DNA of 64,000 nucleotides from a virus: IMG/VR virus record IMGVR_UViG_3300021963_004549, positions 5,904 to 69,903 of that record; one strand, 5' to 3'. Shown piece by piece: positions 56,748 to 64,000 of this stretch (position 1 is its first letter; each line of letters starts with the position of its first letter). The notes under the pieces were generated by a model. It saw only the letters and a program-made list of their open reading frames with translations, ran no database searches and was not told where the DNA came from. The position numbers and the translations under genes were made by a program.

Positions 56748-57887
56748 ATGGCTGATTTTTCATTAACTACCCTCTTCGTAGTTCCAGTAGGAAACACTCT
56801 ACCTAGCTCTGGTTCTACGCAAAACTTGACCGCAGGTCAGTTTGGTATTTTTAGAAGCGATTACACTGTAGCTACTGCAGGTAACATTGCTGCTAAACCG
56901 TATTTCTATTTAGCTCAAGGTAGAGTTAACACTTATTTACAAGGTTCTAAGCGTTCTGATAAGATTGCTTCTAGCCAAGTTAGTGAGTGGTATAAAGTGG
57001 TTGGTAACCCAGTTGCTGCTAACCAAGTAACTGAAGTTGGTAACTTCAACGTTAAAGCTGGTGATGTTGTAACATTCACATTACGTGCTCATTCTTCTTA
57101 CATTGACACATTGTATTTCAACGGTTTCACCCGTTCTATTACAGTTGTTGCTCCTTGTTTAGAGTGTGGTGGCGATCCTTGTGCAGATGTTGATGTTCCT
57201 GCTTTCATTGATCAAGCTATCTTAAAGTTTGAACAAGCTGCTCCAGGTAACAACCCTGACAACATTAGCTTTAACACATTCTATCAATTCCAAAGAGTTG
57301 GTAACGATGCTAATGCTAAATTAGTTATCAGTGGTAAACCTTTAACTCAGTATGGTCAACCTTGTGATGTTGCTGCATTCCCTTGGGAATACGATCGTAT
57401 GTACTTCCGTACTTTCGTATACAGTGGACCAGCTACAACTGCTGACTTCATTGTTGCTGACAACTGTAACATCGTTGCTGAGGCTGTAGTTACTCAACGT
57501 GCTTCTTATGTATCTGGTACTTCAGATGAGATCAAGCAATTAGAGAAAAACTTCTATAGCTACCAAGCTGGTTACCTTAAGCATTTGTACAGAATGGTTG
57601 GTTACAACGAGAACTTTGAGTCTTGGGTAACTGATGGTACTACTTATGACACTTATTACATTAAGTTTAATGAGTATGACAAGTCTGCTTACAAGTGGGG
57701 TGATTACATCATCGAAGATAGTACTGTTATTCTTGCTATCCCTAGTGGTGCAACTGCTGCAATCGAGGCAATCTTAGTTGCTGGTTTAGGTCCTGTTACT
57801 GATGATAGCGGTCCTATCACAAGTACTACTTCTACTACAACTACTGTTTGGCCTAGTACTTCAACAACAACTACTTTGATTCCTTAA
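56748..57887 (+). CDS. structural protein with C-terminal poly-Thr tail
   Basis: C-terminus GPITSTTSTTTTVWPSTSTTTTLIP. Confidence 0.4.
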   Translation: MADFSLTTLFVVPVGNTLPSSGSTQNLTAGQFGIFRSDYTVATAGNIAAKPYFYLAQGRVNTYLQGSKRSDKIASSQVSEWYKVVGNPVAANQVTEVGNFNVKAGDVVTFTLRAHSSYIDTLYFNGFTRSITVVAPCLECGGDPCADVDVPAFIDQAILKFEQAAPGNNPDNISFNTFYQFQRVGNDANAKLVISGKPLTQYGQPCDVAAFPWEYDRMYFRTFVYSGPATTADFIVADNCNIVAEAVVTQRASYVSGTSDEIKQLEKNFYSYQAGYLKHLYRMVGYNENFESWVTDGTTYDTYYIKFNEYDKSAYKWGDYIIEDSTVILAIPSGATAAIEAILVAGLGPVTDDSGPITSTTSTTTTVWPSTSTTTTLIP

Positions 57888-57913
57888 TAGAATACAAGTA
57901 GAATCATATAACC

Positions 57914-57966
57914 TATGCCAGAGGGTGAGAGGATATTTCTCAAATCCTCTGGCATATTTATTTTAA
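57914..57966 (+). terminator. rho-independent terminator
   Basis: 11-bp stem tatgccagagg/cctctggcata followed by tttatttt. Confidence 0.6.
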
Positions 57967-57970
57967 TGAC

Positions 57971-58528
57971 ATGACCTTAGATATACTGGTAATACCAACT
58001 TATAATACATTAACCTTAGGGGTGGCTGATGCATCAACTTATGATACAGATCCTCCTGTTGTAAACTCTCCAACTATTGAGATAACAATGCCTGGATTTG
58101 CACCTGTATCTTTGCCATTCAGTGTTAATGATTTTAATATATTTAATTCAGCCTCATTAGGACTTAGTGTTGTAGGAGCTCCTTTGATTCCTCTACCTGA
58201 TGGAATCTATACATTAACATATTCTGTTGCTCCTGCATATCTGAACTATGTTACTAAAACCATCATTCGTGTTGAACAATTACAAGAGAAATTTGACAAT
58301 GCTTTCATGAAGCTTGATATGATGGAATGTGATCTTGCTATCAAGACACAAGCTAAGGTTGACTTAAATAGTATATATTACATGATTCAAGGTTCTATTG
58401 CTGCAGCTAATAACTGTGCTGTAGACACTTCTAATAAGTTGTATATACAAGCAGATAAAATGCTTAATAATTTTATTAAAACCAATTGTGGTTGTTCAGG
58501 GAATAACTACATAATCAATTTCCACTAA
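57971..58528 (+). CDS. hypothetical structural protein
   Basis: ORF; C-terminal NCGCSGNNY Cys motif. Confidence 0.4.
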   Translation: MTLDILVIPTYNTLTLGVADASTYDTDPPVVNSPTIEITMPGFAPVSLPFSVNDFNIFNSASLGLSVVGAPLIPLPDGIYTLTYSVAPAYLNYVTKTIIRVEQLQEKFDNAFMKLDMMECDLAIKTQAKVDLNSIYYMIQGSIAAANNCAVDTSNKLYIQADKMLNNFIKTNCGCSGNNYIINFH

Positions 58529-58529
58529 T

Positions 58530-58673
58530 ATGGCAAACTGTAGAAACTGCGGTCTAAAGGTAGGTTGCGGTTGTCAATTAATTAATGGCTTATGTTCAGC
58601 CTGTAACAACAAGCTGAAGCAAGCAACTCAAAGAATAAAAAATGTTATCACCAAGGCTTACAAACTGTGTTGA
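58530..58673 (+). CDS. small Cys-rich peptide (47 aa)
   Basis: MANCRNCGLKVGCGCQLINGLCSACNN; overlaps the next ORF by 32 nt in another frame. Confidence 0.25.
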   Translation: MANCRNCGLKVGCGCQLINGLCSACNNKLKQATQRIKNVITKAYKLC

Positions 58674-58908
58674 TTGTGCAACTATCCCTGCACTCTTAGC
58701 TGATATTGATTGCAAGTTGACAAGCTTGGCAAATAATCAATATAATAATATCGTATTCTCTTTAAACTATCCTGTGCCAGGAGTTGTAATTGGTGACTTA
58801 CTAAATTATAAAAGGATATTAACTTACAAATATTGTAATCCTGAGTATTGTAGTCACTTTACTGTAAAGATGATAGCGAGTAAAGTAAAACTTTTAATTC
58901 ATAAATAA
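58642..58908 (+). CDS. small Cys-containing protein
   Basis: NCVDCATIPALLADIDCKL resembles the N-terminus of the following fiber gene. Confidence 0.35.
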   Translation: MLSPRLTNCVDCATIPALLADIDCKLTSLANNQYNNIVFSLNYPVPGVVIGDLLNYKRILTYKYCNPEYCSHFTVKMIASKVKLLIHK

Positions 58909-58916
58909 TTTATAAA

Positions 58917-60029
58917 ATGTCTTGTACAAATTGTTATAACGGTTGTGTAGAGATTGTTTCTGATAAATGTGTTAGATACACAGGAGAATCTGTTCCTTCT
59001 TTAGAAATAGAATCTGGTGATAATCTTCTTGTTGTGGAACAATCTCTTATTAATAAAGTGGTTAGTTTCCTAGATGGAACAGGAATCTCTATCACTATAG
59101 GTTTGGATGATTATTGTGAACTAGTTACACAATATCTTCCTCCTTGTTTTCCAGAATGTGGAGATCCTTCTGCTTTAGATTTATTTACAGCTTTAGTAAA
59201 AGCTGCTTGTGATTTACAGGTACAAGTTGATGCTGTAGAAGCTGACATTGCTGTATTGAATGCAAACTATGATGTAGACTGCCTTACAGGTGTAACGTCA
59301 TCTTCTGATACTCATGCTGTTGTTCAGGCTGTTATTACAAAGCTTTGTGACCTAGGTGTAGACCTAGCTGCATTAGCTCTTGATTTAGATACTAACTATG
59401 TAAAGCTTTCTGACTTAAACACTTTAATTCAAGCTTATTTAGATAGTCTTGCTCCTACACAGAACTATACAAAGATGGTTCCTTATACAGCTGTAGAATA
59501 CTATGGTCCATTAGGATACTTTGATATCACTGGAGCAGGTATTGCTGCTGATGGGTTTGACAAAATCTACCTATGTAATGGCTTAAATGGAACTCCTGAT
59601 AAAAGAGGACGTGTTCCTGTAGGTGCTATTGTTGGTGTAGGTGGTGGAGCTTTAGATGCTGCTGTTAATCCTATTTATGCTGGTAACCCTAACTATGCTC
59701 TTGGAGATGGTGGTGGTGCTAACAGTGTAATATTAAACAGTACACAAATTCCTGCACACTCACATCCTGTTACAGTTACTGACCCTGGTCACGTGCATGC
59801 TCCTGGTAGCTCTATTTTTAGAGGTAACAGAACTACAGATGACTCTGGTGGAACACAATGTGTGGCTACACAATTAACAAATAGTGACCCAGCACTCACT
59901 GCACCTGAATACACAACAAGTGCTAGTACAGGTATAAATGTAACTGTAGGTAATACAGGTGGTGGATTAGGTCATGCTAACATCCAACCTGTACGTGCGT
60001 GCTACTACATCATGTACATTCCTTCATAG
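58917..60029 (+). CDS. tail fiber protein with C-terminal phage tail-collar domain
   Basis: CNGLNGTPDKRGRVPVGAIVGVGGGAL..GGGANSVILNSTQIPAHSHPV matches the tail-collar (T4 gp12-like) motif. Confidence 0.55.
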   Translation: MSCTNCYNGCVEIVSDKCVRYTGESVPSLEIESGDNLLVVEQSLINKVVSFLDGTGISITIGLDDYCELVTQYLPPCFPECGDPSALDLFTALVKAACDLQVQVDAVEADIAVLNANYDVDCLTGVTSSSDTHAVVQAVITKLCDLGVDLAALALDLDTNYVKLSDLNTLIQAYLDSLAPTQNYTKMVPYTAVEYYGPLGYFDITGAGIAADGFDKIYLCNGLNGTPDKRGRVPVGAIVGVGGGALDAAVNPIYAGNPNYALGDGGGANSVILNSTQIPAHSHPVTVTDPGHVHAPGSSIFRGNRTTDDSGGTQCVATQLTNSDPALTAPEYTTSASTGINVTVGNTGGGLGHANIQPVRACYYIMYIPS

Positions 60030-60045
60030 ATTAAATTAAATTATA

Positions 60046-60717
60046 ATGGCTTGCGTACCTGGTACCCCTTGCTTTGAGAATACGGTAAATGCTTATATCC
60101 CTCAACAATGTGATAATGGTTGGGTTATTGATAGCTATCCTATCCCTACATCATACAGTCAATATGATGGACCAAACCTTCCTAATTCAGGGGTTAACAC
60201 AAAAGATAATTTAAACGTTGTATTACAAAAGCTAGACAATAAATTAAGTGCTTCAGAAATAGCTGAAGCATTTATTGCAGCTGTTGTAAATGATCCAACG
60301 ATAGCTGTAGCATTTTGTACATTGGTAAACCAGTGTATTAATATACCTACTACTACAACAACTACTACAGTAACACCAACAACTAGTACAACAACATCTA
60401 GTTCTACATCAACTACTACAACTACAACCACAGCAAGTGTTGCCTCACAACAAGGTCTTTCTTCAACTAATGAATTACTTCCATGTCAAGGTATTGGAGG
60501 TGGTGTATTAGTGTTTTATGATGGAAATATTGGTTTACCTTCAGCACCATTATATACAGATTCAGGACTAACGTTTCCATATAATCAAAGTTTCTTTGGT
60601 ACTTATATTAGGTTATACTTTAATGGTGAATACAATCTATGTGTTATGAGTGGTAACGTTATTCAAAGTTACACACCTTGTCCTACAACAACTACAACAA
60701 CTACAACAATTCCTTAA
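60046..60717 (+). CDS. fiber/adhesin-like protein with poly-Thr/Ser linker and poly-Thr C-terminal tail
   Basis: TTTTTTVTPTTSTTTSSSTSTTTTTTTA and C-terminal CPTTTTTTTTIP. Confidence 0.4.
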   Translation: MACVPGTPCFENTVNAYIPQQCDNGWVIDSYPIPTSYSQYDGPNLPNSGVNTKDNLNVVLQKLDNKLSASEIAEAFIAAVVNDPTIAVAFCTLVNQCINIPTTTTTTTVTPTTSTTTSSSTSTTTTTTTASVASQQGLSSTNELLPCQGIGGGVLVFYDGNIGLPSAPLYTDSGLTFPYNQSFFGTYIRLYFNGEYNLCVMSGNVIQSYTPCPTTTTTTTTIP

Positions 60718-60728
60718 TAAACCATAAT

Positions 60729-61244
60729 ATGACAGTATTAATTACATTAACAACAGCAGGTTCTTCAACAGGACCATTTAGTCTATATTCAAATGTAGAT
60801 TCTTATTCTACACCATTTGAGACAGGTGTATCAAGATCTAGCCTACTGGCTGGATACACATCTGTATTAGTTCCAAACGGTACAACAACCGTTCGTGTTA
60901 TGTCTACAGGAACCTGTACAAACTATACAGATATATCTATAGTGCCATGTACTACCACTACAACAACTAGTACATCTAGTACTACCACCACAACTACAAC
61001 CACAGCTGCTCCATGTTTACAGATATATCTATATCCTGCAAATGCTAATGCATGTGACCATTTAGGAAGCTTAACACTGTTTGATGTGGACAACATTTTA
61101 GCTCCTACAAGACTTTGGGTAGCTGGTGAGTGTGGTGTAACTCCTGTAGTGGGAGGTAACCAATGGTACTCTCAAGGTGCTGGTGCAGATAGCTACCAAG
61201 TAGATAACGGTGGATTTATTGTTGCTACAACAGCGTGTCCTTAA
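60729..61244 (+). CDS. fiber/adhesin-like protein with internal poly-Thr linker
   Basis: start at MTVLITL; CTTTTTTSTSSTTTTTTTTAAPC. Confidence 0.4.
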   Translation: MTVLITLTTAGSSTGPFSLYSNVDSYSTPFETGVSRSSLLAGYTSVLVPNGTTTVRVMSTGTCTNYTDISIVPCTTTTTTSTSSTTTTTTTTAAPCLQIYLYPANANACDHLGSLTLFDVDNILAPTRLWVAGECGVTPVVGGNQWYSQGAGADSYQVDNGGFIVATTACP

Positions 61245-61287
61245 TATAAAATATCAAAAACCTTGTTTTGTTGGTTTTACAAGGTGT

Positions 61288-61320
61288 CCCCTGGCCTTTC
61301 TAGGCTGGGGGTTTTTGTTT
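61288..61320 (+). terminator. rho-independent terminator, preceded by a second hairpin at 61259..61285
   Basis: cccctggcc-tttcta-ggctgggg then gtttttgttt; upstream accttgt...acaaggt. Confidence 0.5.
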
Positions 61321-61430
61321 AAACTCTAATCAAATTGATTAATCTATATAATTAAATTGGTTAATTAAATTTTGTAAATGTCAAAATTAGTTCGTACCTT
61401 TACACTAATTTTAACTAAATTAAACCATAT

Positions 61431-62681
61431 ATGTCTGAAAACCAGTCATTGCTACAACAGCTAGAAGAGATTCTACATTGGAAAAAGAGTAAACAATTCT
61501 ATGCTGATAAGCTTGGAATTACAGAGTTTGAGGTGGATGAGTTATTAAAAGAATTAAGAAATCAAGAGAAGAGTGAGGAAGATGCTGAGGTTGGAAATTA
61601 CATTGCTGAGCTAGAGAATGTAATAGTTAAGTTTACAGAGGACATCAGTAAGGGTGTTGGTGAGGTAGTAGCTAATTTTAGCGAAGAGGTTAAGAGCTTA
61701 GATGAACTTATTGAGAAGTGTCACATAGACACAGATAAGTGGGAAATAACTAAATATGTACAGAACTTCTGGGGGAATGGTGGAAATCCCCATTGGCAGG
61801 TTAAAGCCTGGCTAGCAAAGAAGTCTACAGAGCAAGTGTTTCAAGATAGCTTTGTGGACTTTTTAGCTTCATATCAGCCTGTTAGTCAGGAGGTTATGAG
61901 TCCTAAGTTTGACCCAGAGAGACCAAACGGTATGTTAGTTATCAACAAACAAGACTCTCATTTGAACAAATGGGATGTAGATGGTAATAACAATGTACTA
62001 GATAGACTGGCTAAGATTATGTATAAGGTGGAAGTGATAGCTGCACAAGCTCAACTTTCAAACAACCTAGAAGAAATTACATACATTATTGGCTCAGATG
62101 AGTTTAATAGTGAATACACCAATGCAACTACAAAAGGAACCCCTCAACAGAATACACATACATATCAAACTTCATTTGAGTATATATGTGACCATGAGGT
62201 ATTAATGATTACAATGTTATTACAATACGCTAAACATGTTAATGTGGTGTATGTAGCTGGTAATCATGATGAGTTTGTAGGATGGCATATGGTTAACTGG
62301 TTACAAACGTATTTTAGAAATACAGACAGACTTACAATTGACAGCTCTCCTAAATACAGAAAGTATGTAAGTTATGGCAATTCAGCATTAATGTTCAATC
62401 ATGGGGATGCGATTAAGCCAGCTAAACTTGCAGGACTATTCCCAATAGAATATAGAGATCAATGGTCATTCCACCATAACTTCTATATATTCACAGGAGA
62501 TAAGCACCATGAAGTGAGTCATGATTTTAACGGTATTAAATTTTACCAAATTCCAGCTTTCTCAAATGCTAAGAGCCTTTGGGATGATAAGAATGGTCAC
62601 ACAATGTCTAAAGCAGAAGTGACAGCATTCTTAATCGATCAAGCTGAAGGAATGACAAATATATTCAAACAGTATTTATAA
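61431..62681 (+). CDS. calcineurin-like metallophosphoesterase domain protein
   Basis: VYVAGNHDE (GNHD/E motif) with upstream QDSH and GSDEF. Confidence 0.4.
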   Translation: MSENQSLLQQLEEILHWKKSKQFYADKLGITEFEVDELLKELRNQEKSEEDAEVGNYIAELENVIVKFTEDISKGVGEVVANFSEEVKSLDELIEKCHIDTDKWEITKYVQNFWGNGGNPHWQVKAWLAKKSTEQVFQDSFVDFLASYQPVSQEVMSPKFDPERPNGMLVINKQDSHLNKWDVDGNNNVLDRLAKIMYKVEVIAAQAQLSNNLEEITYIIGSDEFNSEYTNATTKGTPQQNTHTYQTSFEYICDHEVLMITMLLQYAKHVNVVYVAGNHDEFVGWHMVNWLQTYFRNTDRLTIDSSPKYRKYVSYGNSALMFNHGDAIKPAKLAGLFPIEYRDQWSFHHNFYIFTGDKHHEVSHDFNGIKFYQIPAFSNAKSLWDDKNGHTMSKAEVTAFLIDQAEGMTNIFKQYL

Positions 62682-63409
62682 TGGCAACTTTAAGGAAATT
62701 AGTTTCAGATGTGCGTGCAATGCACAAATTGTTATCAACAGATAACTTAATCACTGATAGAGTGGTTGCATCTGAGATTAAGAACAACACACTTTTATTA
62801 GTAAAACGTGAGACAAATCTCAGAAAGCTTTGGGCTACTGATACTTTGTTTACTACCATTCCTTGTTTGGAATTGGTAGAAGTTCCTATTTCTGAATGTT
62901 GTGATTATGTGGATCCTTGTACTGTTGCTAGAACAAAGTATAAACTTCCTCGTATATGTGAGGGTAATTATCAATACCTCATTCAAGGTGTTTATTCAAT
63001 AAACGCTATGAGTGGGCAAGGCAAAAAGTTGAAAGAGACTACTATCAATAGATATTTAAATCTCTTAAAACTTCCAATCATCAAGAATGAGCAGTACTAC
63101 TGGATTGCTAATGGAGGATATTTATATGTAAATAATCCTTTATTACAAGCTGTTAGAATTTCTGCTTTCTTTGAAGAAGATGTTCCTAATGAGATCATGT
63201 TTGCTGAGTGTTGCTGCAGTGATAATATTAATCTAGAAGACTATTGTAAAAATCCTCTAGATAAAGAATATGGCTGCCCTGGTTATTTAGAAAAGCAAGT
63301 GCTAGAACTGACATCTCAAAAGCTGTTATCAACCTACTTCAGATTGAAGACAGATCAAACATCAGATGGGGTGGATGGTCAAGCACCAAACACAACCAAT
63401 GCAAACTAA
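62681..63409 (+). CDS. hypothetical protein
   Basis: ORF, ATGG coupling. Confidence 0.4.
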   Translation: MATLRKLVSDVRAMHKLLSTDNLITDRVVASEIKNNTLLLVKRETNLRKLWATDTLFTTIPCLELVEVPISECCDYVDPCTVARTKYKLPRICEGNYQYLIQGVYSINAMSGQGKKLKETTINRYLNLLKLPIIKNEQYYWIANGGYLYVNNPLLQAVRISAFFEEDVPNEIMFAECCCSDNINLEDYCKNPLDKEYGCPGYLEKQVLELTSQKLLSTYFRLKTDQTSDGVDGQAPNTTNAN

Positions 63410-63885
63410 TGCGAACAAAAGTTGATTGGAGAAGCTCCAGTAAAGAAAACTACAATAATTTCTGTAAAAAGAACCCTTCCGTAAAAATCTCATTTGACCA
63501 ATGGAGAAACATCATCTATTTGTATAATGAGAGCTTCAAGAACTATATTCTAGAAACTGGAGAGAAAGCCAAACTTCCTTTTGGATTTGGTGACTTCTCA
63601 ATCAATAAGAAGAAGAGGAAGAAGATGAAACTGATCGATGGTAAGGAATATGTTAACTTACCAGTTGATTGGAAAAGATCTAAAGAGAAGGGTAAAATAA
63701 TCTACAACTTTAATTACCATACTGAAGGATATTTCTTTGGATGGATGTGGTTTAGAGAATCAGCTAGATTCAAGAATATGAAACTCTGGTACTTTAAACC
63801 TTCTCGTACAACCTCTCGGTTGTTATCTCACTACCTAAAAACCAACGATCAATATCAACATATTTATCGTGAATGGAAAAAATAA
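63409..63885 (+). CDS. hypothetical basic protein
   Basis: ORF. Confidence 0.4.
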   Translation: MRTKVDWRSSSKENYNNFCKKNPSVKISFDQWRNIIYLYNESFKNYILETGEKAKLPFGFGDFSINKKKRKKMKLIDGKEYVNLPVDWKRSKEKGKIIYNFNYHTEGYFFGWMWFRESARFKNMKLWYFKPSRTTSRLLSHYLKTNDQYQHIYREWKK

Positions 63886-64000
63886 AATAAATGTCATATT
63901 ACTACAAGTATAACTTCATCTCCCCTGAGCCTGTCTATGCGACTGTGAAAGAAGAGTTTAAAAGCTACTTCGATACAGGTGCTGTAGATGATTTGTTATT

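Noticed and set aside
60159-60431. 90-aa minus-strand poly-Val ORF
   Set aside because: It is the antisense reading of the ACN repeats (GTN gives Val). Artefact.
1-64000. Tape-measure protein or tail sheath genes
   Set aside because: No ORF is long enough apart from portal, terminase and the GHKL ATPase. The structural genes may continue beyond the window, or the phage may be short-tailed.

Overview
This window looks like part of a dsDNA phage genome from a Bacteroidetes host, probably Flavobacteriia. It is AT-rich, most genes start in an aaaATGGC context, and there are no Shine-Dalgarno sites. Genes fall into three strand blocks. Block 1 (1-9417, + strand) is the end of the late and lysis region. 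It holds a holin-like gene, a GH19-type endolysin, fiber-like and adhesin-like proteins with poly-Thr tails, a leucine-rich-repeat protein, a DxD glycosyltransferase and a tandem array of very basic Lys-rich proteins. Block 2 (9523-43822, - strand) is the early and replication region. It holds GT2 and GT11 glycosyltransferases, a GroES-like protein, dUTPase, RecA, a class II ribonucleotide reductase, three HNH endonucleases, a GHKL ATPase, a divergent family-1 UDG, a DnaG-like primase, an SSB-like protein, a Sak4-type ATPase, an SF2 helicase, a DnaB-like helicase, a T4-like family B DNA polymerase and many small early proteins, some extremely acidic. Block 3 (44000-end, + strand) is the morphogenesis region. 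It holds an HU-like protein, large terminase, portal, an SPFH protein, scaffold, the putative major capsid protein, tail and fiber proteins including a tail-collar fiber, and a metallophosphoesterase. No tRNA, CRISPR array, integrase, reverse transcriptase or tape-measure gene was seen. The main candidates for undescribed biology are these: an expanded family of at least 10 polycationic Lys-rich proteins with a shared MAxhKK N-terminus, possibly packaged DNA-condensing or ejected proteins; a three-glycosyltransferase toolkit alongside virion proteins ending in poly-Thr tails, suggesting virion O-glycosylation; a UDG homolog whose catalytic Asp is replaced by Cys; and a primase with a degenerate zinc ribbon next to a free-standing zinc-ribbon protein.
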